This document shows positions 38,016 to 50,480 of a stretch of 64,000 bases of DNA, one piece after another. A program made the translations under genes and the position numbers. The first letter of the stretch is position 1. Each line of letters opens with the position of its first letter. Source of the DNA: Felis catus (taxonomy: Eukaryota). The stretch spans positions 8,990,001 through 9,054,000 of the forward strand of contig NC_058369.1 of assembly GCF_018350175.1 (NCBI RefSeq), given 5' to 3'. The notes beneath the pieces are model-generated. The model was not told the origin of the DNA. It did not search any database and worked only from the letters and a program-made list of their open reading frames with translations.

Positions 38016-38324
38016 GTGGTTTTTGACCAAACATTATTAGCCCGACTTTTCCTGCCAGGTATTAGGCTAAATAAGAGTTGAGAATTCTTCCAGATTCTTT
38101 GATCACCCCCTGCCCTCTGAAATGCTCCCATCAGTGTCCATGCCTTTACTCATTCATTAATGTACCAGGCAGTCCTAAGACCACAGCCTTCTCCTTGCCA
38201 CTCCTGTTTTATGATTCCCCAGGCCACCTCTGCCCCAAGTCCCTGCATTCTCAGATATCCCTTCAGAGCCCAGGTCTTAATTCAATCCTATGCTGATGAC
38301 CCCTGAATTTAGAACTCCAGTCAT

Positions 38325-38520
38325 GGGGCACCTGGGTGGCTCTATCGGTTGAGTGTCCAACTTCGGCTTAGGCCAGGATCTCATGGTTCAAGAGTTTGAG
38401 CCCGGTATTGGGCTCTCTGCCGTCAGTGTGGAACCCACTTCTGATCCTGTGTTCCCCTCTCTCTCTCTCTGCCCCTTCCCCACTCATGCTCTCTCTTTCA
38501 AAAATAAACCTTAAAAAAGA
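38325..38520 (+). mobile_element. Can-SINE
   Basis: ggggcacctgggtggctctatcggttgagtgtccaact..., (CT)n, A tail. Confidence 0.85.
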
Positions 38521-39731
38521 GCTCTCTTCAACTCTTTCTCTTACTCCCCCCACCTGTCAACCCAGCAGCAAATCCTATCAGCTCCGCCTTCCAACTGTAT
38601 CCACAATCCAACCATTTCCCGTTCTTCTAGGACCCCCTCCTTAGCCAGAGCCCCCAGTGTCACCCACCTACCCACCTGGACCACTGGTCTCTCTGCCCTG
38701 GTCTCCCAGCTCTGGCCCTAACCCCCACCCCCCAGGCTGTTTCTTCCACAGCAGCCCGAGAGCCTGTGAACACCTGAGTCACGTAATGTCCCTCCTTCCC
38801 TTAGACTCCTCCATGGCTGCCATCTCCCTTAGAATAAAAGCTAAAGTCCTCCCTGCCCTCACATCTTTTCCCTTTCCCTCATTCACTCCATAGTGGCCTT
38901 CTCACCAAGCAAGGCCTCATCTCAGAGCCTCATGCATGTGCTATTCCCTCTACCTGGGTCATTCCCTCTACCTGGGCCAGATACCTACATGGCCCCTCTC
39001 TCACCTCCTTTAGGTCTCTACTTAAATTATCTCACTTCCTTGGTAAGGCCTCTTCTGTGGGACTTCTACTTAAAACCACCACCTCCCCAATCCACATCCT
39101 CCCTCCCCATCACTTCTGTCTGCTGTGTTTTTCTCTGCGGCACTCCTCACATCAAACTTTCCCTTCATCTATTTCGTTTATTGTCTGTCTCCCTTCATTA
39201 GAAATGACAGCTTCGTAAGGCAGGGACTTTTGTCCGAAGCTTCCTGAAAAACTACCACACCTGCAGTTACACAGACACAAACATGACTCTCGCCTCCCCG
39301 TGTGTACTATCCGTCACGCGTGCTTTAGGAAGAACACAAGCCAGGCCTTTCTAAAAGCAATGATTTGGGTCCCTGGCCCATCTTCTCTCCCTCCCCTCAG
39401 TGCCCAGAGTCCGGCCAGGGCAGATTGAAAATGTTTATTATTTGTCTTCTCAAATATAAAATCACTCTCTCCCCTGGCATCTCATTAACCCCAGGTTGAA
39501 AATCAAGGATAAGAATCACATTGCTAAAAAGAACAGGCCTATCCCTGCCTCCTGCCCTATCCTGCACTCTTGCCCCGGCTGAGGGAACAAAGGGCAGAGG
39601 TCATGACCTCCAGACTCTCAAGCAGCTGACCGAGGCCTTCCCGGTGCTGGGCCTCGGCCTCGTGTGAGGTGAGGGGACCCAGGGGGCGCTGAGCCCTGAC
39701 TGGCTGGGCAGGGGCAGGATCCTGAGGTCCA

Positions 39732-41199
39732 TCAGTGTTTGTCAGTGGATCGCATGTTCAGGGATGCTAGACGTCCCAGCGGGCCACGGCGAGTGTTGGT
39801 GGCCAGCCGCTGCTGTGCCAGAAATGACTGGGCATGGGCAGGTGCCCGCTCCTCCCCAGCTCGCTGCTGCAGAGCCATGCCCTGGAGGGAGGAAGGGGGC
39901 ACGGTTGGGGTCGAGAGAGCCCACGGCACACCCTAGTACTCCGGCCGTGGGGACGAGCACTCACCATATTGTACCAGGCACTGATGAGCAGCTTTTCTTC
40001 CTGCTCCCGCTGGCTTCGACTCTTCTCAAAGTCCATCTGCCAAAGAGGCAAGAGTCAAGGGCCCAGATATGCTGGGGTGGGGGTGGGGGTGGGGGGCGGG
40101 CGGGGTGGGCAGCGACAGCGAGAAGGGATGAGGACACCCACCTCCAGGTGTCGGATGCGGACGTCCCGCTCCCGGAGCTGCGTCCTCAGGGTGTGAAGTT
40201 CTGGGGGTGCCCCTCCGGGTGGCCGCTGTTTGGGTTCCAGGGTCTGTATGACCTAGGGGTCGGGGAAGACACAGCCAGGGTGACCTTGGCCTTTCAGGCC
40301 CCTGGATGTGTTGGGCCGGGTTCAGGGTGACGGCTCACGGCGGTGGTGCAGGAGTCTGTGATACGATGGGGTGTGACCAGGGCGGAAGCGGAGGGCACAG
40401 GGGTGCACGCTGGCGGGAGGCACGACAGCCTCGGCGGGAGGCCCACGGAGCACCCGGTGTCCTCACCGTGCGCGCCTTGTCCACGTAGCGGCGGTACCGC
40501 TCCTCCATGGCCCGCAGGTCCGCGTCCTTCTTCTGCAGGCTGTGCTGCAGCTCCTCGATACGCCGGGCTGCTGGGGGGGGGCGGGGCAAGGTGACCCCTC
40601 AGCTCCCGGCCAAGCTTGGCACCACCCCCCCCACGCAGCCGCTGAGGCCCACTCACTGCTGCTGTCAGCGGGGGGCTCCAGCTCCTCAATATACTCTCGC
40701 TTCCGCTGCAGCTCCAGATCTGCCTCATGCAGCTTCTGCCTGCGGACGGAGGAAGGGGAGCCGCAGGCTGACCTCCGGGCCCCCTTCCCTCCTCCCACCG
40801 GTGGCCACAGCCTACCCAGCCGGCCGACACGCGCCTGCCCGGCTGCAGAGATCTCTCTGTGTGCCCCACGCCCCGAGCACAGAAGCCGCGTGCCCTGGTC
40901 CCACCATCTGCTCAGCCGCTGGAGTCACCACCTTCCCCGCCCCCTAGTCCGGTGGCCCCTGGGCCAGCCCCCCGCCGTGTGTCCACTTCTCTCCGTGCCC
41001 CGGCCCGCCTACTGGCACGGGCACCATCACCCCTTGCCGGCCTCTTCTGCACTCAATCTCAATTCCTTTCTCCACCCAGCAGCCAGGGATCTTTCTAGCA
41101 GGCAAATGTCTTCCGACCAAAAGAAATGCCGGGTAAAAAACTACAGTTCTGCTGCCTGCTGCAAAAGCCAAAGGATCTGATAACGCCCCCTGCCAGTGA

Positions 41200-41235
<36 letters not shown>

Positions 41236-44200
41236 CGTGCACTGGATATGGAACATAGTAGAAAGACCTAATAGAGAAACCTGGGCTACGTCTCAGGTTA
41301 CCAAGGCACGTGCCCTCTGAGCCACCATTTCCACTTTCGTGACAAATTCGCACACAAGCGAAATGAGGCGTGTGCAAGGTTTTACTCTGCTGCACTGTTG
41401 GCAATCGCAGATACCTAGGATGACTTAAACACGTGAGGCCCTTCGCAAAGAAAGGCTACAGGCCAGCCCTTCTGGATTGAAATTTTACAGGTGAATCAAG
41501 CCCTAATGTTTCCATATATCCATCCTCTGTAAGGAAATAACTTTTTCCGTGCTCCCGGCGGGCGCAGGCTACACTCCATCCTTGGTGGAACTGAGATGGG
41601 TCACACAAGTCATTTTCTGGGAGGCCCGATTTCCCCATGGACCCCCAGTTGACAAAGGCAACAAAAACCGATTCATATGGCGACGTTCCCCAGCCGTCTT
41701 CTTAAGGAGGAGAAGCCAAGTGCAGACTAGCAGATAGCCCGTTACCTTTCACGTAACTAAGGAATCAGAATAAAAATGTATATTCATATTCATTTGCATG
41801 TGCTTAAAAAACTTTGTAAGGATTGTTGTAATAAGCTAATATGAATGGGGGTGGGGTGGAAACTGAGTCAATGGGGGGACTAAGAGGTATACCCCTTCTC
41901 TCTATATTGCTCAGTATATAGATCTCTATATATCTATTTTTAATAAAATGTATTTGTTTTGAGAGACAGAGAGAGAGCGAGCAAGCAGGATAGGGGCAGA
42001 GAGAGAGGGAGAGAGAATCCCAAGCAGGCTCTGCACTGTCAGTGCAAAGCCCGATGTAGGGCTCGAACTCATGAACTATGAGGTCGTGGCCTGAGCCGAA
42101 GTCAGATGCTTAACCAATTGAGCCACCCAGGCACCCTATATTTTGGTTTTTAAGGTATGAATGTAATAGCTACTTAAGGTAGTTTTTTTTTTTTTATTTT
42201 TCGAAGTTTATTTATTTATTTTGAGAGACAGAGATGCAGAGAGAAAATCCCAAGCATGCTCTGTGTTGTCAGTGGAGAGCCCAATGTGGGGCTTAATCTC
42301 AACATTGTGAGATCATGACCTGAGCCAAAACCGAGTCGGGTGCTTAACCAACTGGGCCACCCAGGCACCCCAAAATATTTTTTTATTAATTTTTTTTTAA
42401 TGTTTATTTAATTTTGACACAGAGCATGAGCAGGGGAGGAGCAGAGAGAGAGGGAGACACAGAGACACAGAACCTGAAGCAGGCTCCTGTCTCTGAGCTG
42501 TCAGCATAGAGCCAGACATGGGGCTCAAACTCATGAACTGTGAGATGATCACCTGGGTGACTCAGTCGGTTGAGCGCCCAACTTCGCTCAGGTCATGATC
42601 TCACAGTTCGTGAGTTCGAGCCCTACATCGGGCTCTGTGCTGACAGCTCGGAGCCTGGAGCCTGCTTCGGATTCTGTGTCTCCCTCTCTCTCTGCCCCTC
42701 CCCTGTTCATTCTCTGTCTCTCTCTCTCTCAAAATAAACAAACATTAAAATAAAATGAAGTGAAAAAGTAAAAGGCAACTGTCATTTGGTCATGCTACCT
42801 TACTGAAACTCCCTCCATGGCTCCCCATTGTTCCCCCGAAACAGTTCTTACTCCTTCCCTTGGCTCATGAGACCCTACTTGATCTGAACCTTCTATGTTT
42901 TGGCTTATTGCTTCTCCTCATATGACACCCAGTGTCCCCCACACCTGTGCCCCAGACTTTCCTCCCACCCGAGTGCCCTCCCTCTGGGACTCACAGATGC
43001 TCCTCCAGCTTCCTCTTCAGTAGGGTGGACTGGGGGAGAGAACAGGCACTGGGTGAATGGGGGGCCCAGGCGTCCCAACTCCATCTTGGGGTGAGGGTAG
43101 AGGGTGCCACCCTGGGCCCACGGTACTTACGATGGACTGCAGGGGGCATCGAGCAGCAGGGAGGAGAGAGAGGAGGGTTACTGGGGGGCACGAGGGAGGG
43201 CCAGGCAGGGAGGAGGTGGGCACTCACATCCTCCGTCTTGCCCCCCTGCTCTTGCAAGGCCTTCTGTAAGTCCTCCACCTGGGCCCGCAGCTCCAACAGC
43301 TGCTGCTGGTTCAGCCTGCAGGAGTGCGGGGCCGCTCAGTGCCTGCGCCCGCCCTCCGCCCCGCACCCCACGCCCCCTCCACGCGGACCCCCCCCCCCCC
43401 CCCGGGGTCCTCACCGCAGCTGCGTCTCCAGCCCGTGGCGCGCGCGGTTGGCCTCCTCCAGGTGGCGCTGCAGCTCCTCCTGCCGCTCCCGGTAGGCCGC
43501 CTCCTGCTGGCACAGCTGCTTGTTCTCCAGCTGAAGCCGCAGGAGCGTCTCCCTGCCGACCGGGGAGTGAGCAGGGCTGGAGACAGGTCAGCCCGCAGGC
43601 CTGCCGGGGCTCTGGCGGGGAGACTGGGCGGACAGGGCTAGCAGAGGGACAGAGCCCCGGGGAAGAGCCCCGTTAGATCCTAGGGAAGGGTCAGAGTACT
43701 GGGGACCCGGCCTAGGCGTGGGTGGGCAGAGCGCCGGGGAACCAAAATGGGCGGGGCTTTGAGCTGGGCCTGGGGGTGGAGCCAGGCGAGGGCGGGGCTA
43801 CAGGAGCAGGTTAGAACCTTCCTGAAAGCAAGACTGCGGGAAAGCAAGACGCAGAAAGGGGAAGAACTGGGGTGGGGGAGTTCATCGGGGCAGGACAGAG
43901 GGCACTGCACCTAACAGGGTCTACAGTGAGGGCAGGGCTATGCCCTGGGGGCAGAGTCCGACGGTGAGCAGGGCTGAGGGTAGGATTTTTTGTTCGGTGG
44001 GTGGAGCCAGATGGGTTGGACCTAATTTGTGCGGTGAGGATGGTTCCCGGAGAGGCAAGCTGGGGCTAGAGGGCTTGCCTCCAGGCAATAGGGCTAGAGC
44101 TCCCGCCAAATAAGGGCAGAATTAGGAGTGAGTGGGCCTAGGAGCCAGGGGAGGACTTGGGAACCCAACACAGCAGGCCAGGCTAGTAGTAGGTGCCTGC

Positions 44201-47200
44201 ACTGGGGGCGGAGCTGAGGGTGAGCTCTGGGTGCAGCTAGACCTCGGAGCGACCCCAGGATACCTCAGCTCCGCAGGTAGGATCTCTGCTGCCAAGTTTT
44301 CCACAGCTGGTGAGGTGGGATCCAGCGAAGGGTCTGGAGAGTGTGAGAAATGTCTTCAGGTTCCTGCACAGCTCCTGCCCCCATCCCTAGGGTTCACTTT
44401 CCAAGAGTCATCTTTGGGGACTCAAGTTCGACCAAAAGACTGGGTTAACATAAGCCTCACCCCCCAACCTGACAGCGGGCGGTGATGCCTGCCCCGAGTT
44501 TGCCCTGATCCCCAGGGACGGCCCCTGCCATTTCTTTCCGTTCTAGCCTGTCTCCGAGGTGGCCTAGATCTGCCCCCGGCCTGGACAAGGCCTGGGACGC
44601 CTTTTCTGTCTGCCCTAACGGCACCTAAGGCTACCCGTGCCCCAGGCCCTTGGGATGACAGGCCTCCAACTCACCGGCCTGGGTCAGCCCCCGAGGCTGC
44701 AGCTGGGCGCAGCGCAGTTCCTCATTGGCCTCCCGCAGGGAGTCCCGCTCTGCCAGCAGCCGCTGGAGGACGGGGTGCAAGACGCCACTTGAGGCAGGGT
44801 TGGCTTCCTGGGGACTGGGCTATGCTAAGATGGACAGGGTGGGGCTTGGACGCGGGACTTCAGCCTCACCTCCTTCTCCTTTGTCACCAACTCATACTTT
44901 TCCTCCAGGTTTCGACACTCGAATAGCCACTTCTCGGCCTTCATGGCCTCCTCCTGTCGCTGGCCCTGAAGTTCCTGAACCTGAACACCGAGGACGGGTG
45001 AGAAAGCGGGGTTTGGAGGAGGCGCAGGGACTGAATACAAGGTGAAGGCATCGGGCCCCGCGGGACCAGACCCAGCGAACTTGGAGGGGCGGGGCTTACA
45101 AGCCTAGGGAGGAGCTGGCCTGACTGAAGGGCGTTACCTACATATAAACGAGGGGGGGAGGCTAGGGGCTCAGCAGCACGCTGAGGGCCCACCAAAGCGA
45201 AAGGGGCGAGGGGTCCAGCGGCCTAGAGCACCACGCCCTCCGGGCTCTGCCCTGATCCCTGCCGCACCTGTCGTCGCTGTGCCTCGAGCTGGGCACGCAG
45301 TGAGCCGGCCCGGCGTAGCTCGTCCTCCAGCTGCCGCGTGCGCTCGGCGTGGCCCGCGTTACGCTCCTCCAGCTGCCGCACCTGCCGCCTCAGCTCCCGC
45401 AGCTCACCCAGGCGGCGCCGGCAGCTGCTCAGCGTGGCCTCCAGCTGCCCGGCACGCTCAGAGGACTGCCTGGGGGAGGAGGCAAGTCGGGAGAGGAGGC
45501 CTGGGTCTGCGGTCAGGGTTCAGCTTGGCTCTGAGGACCCCCCGGGTAGGGGAAGGTGTCATGTCACCTGGGGATGTAGGGGTTCAAGGTGGTGGATCAT
45601 GAGGGTCAGGAGCCAGCCAGGGCCTGGTGTTTTTTTGGGGGGTGGGAGGGGTCTTTAGGGGGCGCAGAGGGAGCCCTAAGTATCAATTGTTGGCCCAGGG
45701 TCATAATCAGGGTTCCTCAGGGGCGGGAGTGAATAGAATGACTGAGGCGTTACAGGGGGAATGATGGGGCCCAGAGGCTCTGAGGAACCCTCAAGGACAC
45801 TTTGAGGTTACGAGGTGGCTATGGGATCAAATGAAGGCACGGTGAGGTCCTTCAGGGCAGAGCGCTATGCGGTCAAGATGCAGCAGGGATTCTCTAGACA
45901 CTCTAACATTACAGGGGTGCTGGGGGTCACAGGAGAGCCTTTAGAGGTTACAGAAGACACAGGGAAGTCGAGGGAGTGGGTGATGGGGGGACCCACCAAG
46001 TGCTTTGGGATTGCAGGCGTGCTGTGGAGTCACGGGAAGGAAACGTCCTATCATGAGGGGGCACGGATGGGTGAAGAAGGGGGTGGCAAAGTTATCGCAT
46101 TTGGGGTCCTGGAGGGAGCAACGGGATCCTGGGGCGTGATGGCCCCTGGCCAGCACTGGAGCAGGGGCGGGGGGCTGGTAGCTGGGGTCGCGGGGATGCT
46201 ACAATGTCTGGGGAATATAACGTGGGCTCAAAAGGGCACACTATGAGGTCCTGGGGGGCACCATAGAAGCAGGGATCCTGGTGGCACCCAGAGGACATGG
46301 TGGAGTCCAGGATGGTGCGGTGGGGTTCAAGAGCTGGGCCTGGGGGTGGAGCCAGGCAAGGGCGGGGCTACAGGGCAGGTGAGAACCTTCCTAAAAGCAA
46401 GACTTCGGGAAAGCAAGACGCAGAAAGGGCAAGAACTGGGGTGGGGGAGTTCATCCTTTATGAATGTTCTAACCTGCTCCTGCGGCCTTGCCCTTGCCTG
46501 GTTCCCCCCCCCACCCCACCCCCCACCCCCCCAGGCCCAGCTCAAAACTCCGCCCACTGCACCATCACTGTGGAGTCTAGGGGACACTGGGAGGGTTCAC
46601 CGGGCATTTGGGGGGTTCTGAGGTACTATGGCATCAGAGGGACGCTGCGGCAACGACAGTAGGCAGGGGGGGACCCGGGGACCCACCACTCACCGCAGCT
46701 CGTCCATCTCATCCTTCAGGGCCTGCGCCTCCTGGGCCAGACTGGTCAGTGCCTGGTTCCGCTGCTGCAGCTCAGAGACCTCCCGCTCCAGCTCGGCACA
46801 GTGCAGACGCTCATCTTCCCTGCCGTTCTCCAGCCTGGAGGGGTAGGGACGGAGGGGGCGCTCGAGGGGGCTGGGCCCACGCCAATCCCCTGGCCTGGGG
46901 CCCAAACCCCGGCTCGCCGCACCTGAAGTTCTCCTCCTGCAGCTGCTCCAACTGGGACTGCAGCAGCAACAGCTTCTTAGCAGTGAGGCCAGTGGCACCC
47001 TCACCCTCTGGCCGGCCCACCCGTTCCCGAAGCACCGCGTTCTCCTGTGCCAGGCTCTGCTTCTCCTCGGACAGGAGCACCAGCTGCCAGCAGGAGGCGC
47101 AGATGAGCTGGAGTTTGGAAGGGAAGGAGGCAAGCAACCCGCGCTCCCCTCTCCGCCAGCCTCAACCTCACCTGCCGCTCCAGGTCCAGACAGTGCTGCC

Positions 47201-50171
47201 GCAGCTCATCCCCCTCATCGGCCTCCTCACTCAGGAAGTAGTACCTTCGGGACTGGGGGAGGGACGGGGGGAGGGGGGGGAGCGGGGAGGGGCAAGGAAG
47301 TCAGGAGTCCACGGAGGAGACTGGGGGAAGGGAGGCTGGCGTCTCTAGTGGCAGAAAGGAGCCAAGAAACTCTCAAGATCCAAGGGAGGGCTCGGACCCC
47401 AGGGGACTCAAGGAAAGGTGATGCGGGGACACTGGTGACCTGGCGAGGGAACAGGCTAGGACCCTGAGGGATCGAGGCGGTTTACACACGTAAGGACAAG
47501 TTCCTCCTCCTTAGGCAGCCCTGAGAATCAATGATGGATTTGGGCCTTTAACAAGGTCCCCCGCCTCTTACCTGGTTATCAAAATTCCCATATGTTTCTG
47601 GTGACAGGGAGTCGGGGGTGTCTTTGGTCATCAGCTGGAGCAAGGTGGGAGGATAGTGAGATGAGCTGGGCCCTCTGAGTGTGGCCTTTAAAGCTTCTAC
47701 AATCCAGCCTACGGACCTCTCAATCCTCCTGCGCCCAAAGTCAGTTCTCCCCAATAACCCCAATCTAGAGGCTGCCCTCCCGCAGTGTATCCAGCAGGGA
47801 GGCTGGGTCCTTTGAGGGTGCTAAATGGTGACTTCGAGCTGGCAGACACCTGAGACAGGGGCATCTGGCCAACTGAGTTCCAGGAAGAGCCCAGAACTTA
47901 CCAGGGCAGAGCCCATGCCCAGTTGCCTCTGCCCTCATGTCTCCTCCCCTGAAGTTCCTTGCCACATTGGGCACCCCCCCCCCCCTTACCTCCTGGATGG
48001 CTTCCATCACCACATGCTGAACTGATTCCTCCAGCGTCATGATTCTCTGGATGTGCTCTGGGGATCAAGGTGGGGAAGACTGAAACGTGGGGGTAGGGGA
48101 TGAGGAGGATTTTCTCAGGTTTTCCCCTGGGGATCCTCTAACCACCACCCCCCCCCCCCATACCCTGCTTTTTCTCGCAGCTGATGGCACAGCCAAGCAC
48201 CAGCTGAAGCAGCTTGCCAAGTTCTTCTGGGTCAGAGAACTCGCCAATGAGGCTCACGTCTGGAAGGTGCTGCTCCAAAACAGGATGCCCCAGGACCTGA
48301 GGACAGGGGGGGTAGGGGTGCGAATAGGGGGCATGGGGGCTCACCGACACCCATCTCCTCCCAACCCAACCCCAGCTCCTAAATTCTGTTTATGGTTACT
48401 CACATCCTGGGAGTACTCCAATAGGCTCTGTAAGATTGTCTTCAGGTTGCTAACCTAGGGAGGTGCAAGGAGTTGTGTCCAGGGTCCCAGAGCCCCCCAG
48501 AAGGAGCCGAGCAGCCCCCACTCTGAATCTGTCGGCCCCAGCCTTTTTTTCTCTGCCTCACTTCCCAATTCCTGGTCATTTCATCCCTGTTTGGTACCAT
48601 CCTCTGTCCTCCCTCCTAGGGGCGACCTGTCTAGTTGCCTGCCTTTCTTGTTCCCATGTCCCCAGAACCCAATCACGTCTCACCACCTGCCCTGCCACCT
48701 TCTGGCCCTAGCCATTTTCATCTCTCACTTGGATTATTGCACCAACCGGGTCTCCATTTCCACTCTCGCTGCCTACTCTGCATTCCTCTCCAAGCAGCCA
48801 GGGGGAGCTTTGTTAAATCCCAAGGTTGTCTTTCCTCTCTGCTAAAATCCTTCCTTGACTTTGCGTAGCACTTAAAATAGAATCCATCTCCCTGCCCCAG
48901 CCTGCCCCGCTCCTGATGACCTCATCCACCATTGCTGCCCCCTTGTTTTCTATTCTGACCTCCCTGCCTTTCCTCGACACACCAGGCTTCTTCCCAACCT
49001 TGCACTGGCTGTTCCCGGTGCCTGGAACCCTGTTCCTCCAAATTTCACATGGAGATCAGCCCATCGGGGACAACCACCCACCCAGTTGCCCTCTCTCACG
49101 GCCCAGCTTTTATGGTCTTCATAGAACTTATTGCCACTGGAGGTTTATGTTCGTGTGTGCAGGTTTTTGTCTGTGTCATTCCTTGCGGCACACCCAGGCC
49201 TGCTCCATAGGAGCATGAAAGAAGAGAGTTGGCTGGTCACCAGGCATCTGTCTCTCTTCCTGGCCAAGTTGTCTGTGCATCACCCAGGACGTGTGTCTGG
49301 CTGACCCATCACCCAGGACATGTCTAGCTTAGCCTTCCCTGATGATCTCTTCACCAGTCTGTCCCCCAGTCATGAGTCCACCTGTCACCTTCAGCCTCCA
49401 GTTGGGACCCGGGTCCTCTGAGATGCCCTGGAGCCACGTCTCGTTGAACCAGGAAGGATCTCTGGGGGCGAGAAGGTGGGATGAGCTGCTGGGGGACCCT
49501 TTCGGGACCCTCCCCCTCAGCCCCACTCACATCTGGTTCAGCACATAGGCTATGGCGAGGCCACTGCTCAGGTCCTGGGGGCTGGTACAGGGGGACGGGA
49601 CATGGAACGTCTGCAACTGGGGAGGAAGAGGAAAGGGCAATGGGCAGTTAGGGCCTGGGAAAAATCGAACCACTCCTCTTTCGCTGACTTTCCCGGTCAG
49701 CGGGAACCTCACACGGTTGGCGGGGACTGCTCTACGGCTTTCGCAAACCAGCTCCGCGGAGGAGTGGCCACAGCTCACCTGGGACTGGAGGGGGCGTGGC
49801 CTCACTTCACTTCTGGTCAACAAACCCCGCGCCACCGGGCCAGGGCAGAACCACCTGGTCCCCACAGGCCCCACGTGACCAGGCCAGCTCACCTGTGCCC
49901 TCACCCACGTGACCCAGCCGTGAAGGGGCGGGGCCTCACCTGTTCTTTCCACGCAGACCTGCCACGTGACAGGGGCGGGTGCTCAGGCCAGAGTCCAACC
50001 GCCCTGCAGGCCGAAGGCCCTTTCCTCCTCCCAGCCCCAGAACAGAAGGGTAGAACGAACCAAGGCCAGGGCTCCCAGGCGAGAAGAGCGGGCGCATACC
50101 TGGCCCTGGCCCCGCCCCCGACCTACCCAGGTGAGCAGAGACCCGCATAGCTCGGCCTTGTCCACGCTCAT
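39732..50171 (-). CDS. HOOK2: Hook microtubule-tethering protein 2, 719 aa
   Basis: Exons 50127-50171 (MSVDKAELCGSLLTW), 49531-49616, 49389-49461, 48404-48454, 48164-48296, 47990-48057, 47572-47634, 47172-47252, 46923-47083, 46694-46834, 45268-45469, 44870-44980, 44675-44762, 44264-44333, 43415-43552, 43228-43315, 43131-43136 (microexon), 42995-43029, 40657-40739, 40467-40570, 40142-40252, 39965-40036, 39732-39881. Total 2160 nt. AATAAA at 39434-39439. Confidence 0.96.
41201..41235. repeat. (ATG)n microsatellite
   Basis: About 11 perfect ATG units. Confidence 0.95.
41940..42755. mobile_element. Cluster of four Can-SINEs (three antisense, one sense)
   Basis: Antisense copies at ~41940-42137, ~42183-42372 and ~42388-42549 (head-truncated); the last is fused to a sense copy at 42550-42755. 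Confidence 0.88.
43131..43136 (-). CDS. HOOK2: 6-nt HOOK2 microexon (Ser-Ile)
   Basis: ...ccccctgcag|TCCATC|gtaagtac: consensus acceptor and donor, frame-preserving, brings the CDS to 719 aa. Confidence 0.8.
43748..43886. repeat. HOOK2 intronic element, copy A (intron 14)
   Basis: 43761-43886 aligns to 46331-46455 with 5 substitutions and 1 indel. Confidence 0.92.
46331..46556. repeat. HOOK2 intronic element, copies B (direct, 46331-46455) and C (inverted, 46466-46556), intron 10
   Basis: C is the reverse complement of A 43748-43817 with a G/C-run expansion. Confidence 0.9.
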
Positions 50172-50480
50172 GGCTCCCGATCGGATTCGACCTCGGCCGC
50201 GGAGCCCCGCCACCGCAGCCGCCTTCTGATCCGCCACCAGCGAGCACCCGCAGCCCCGACCTCCCGCTCGGCCTAGAGCGCCGCCCCGCCCCGCCCCCTA
50301 GGCGCAGGCCCCGCCCTGGACACGTGGTCTCCACCCCGCGCCCGATCATACCTCCAGTTCCGCCATCTTGGATCCGGGCAGCACTTGGGCGCCCGCCCTG
50401 CCGCTAGGGGTCAGTCTGGGCCAAGCTTGCATATGCCTAGCGCAGACCCGCTACCCCTCCTCCTTGGCTCTTTTTGGCGG
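49680..50480 (-). promoter_or_regulatory. HOOK2: HOOK2 CpG-island promoter / first intron
   Basis: GC boxes; YY1 CCGCCATCTTG at 50360-50370; CACGTG E-boxes at 49872, 49906, 49963 and 50320. Confidence 0.75.

Noticed and set aside
41126-41404. Poly-Met / poly-His ORFs
   Set aside because: Translation of an intronic (ATG)n microsatellite.
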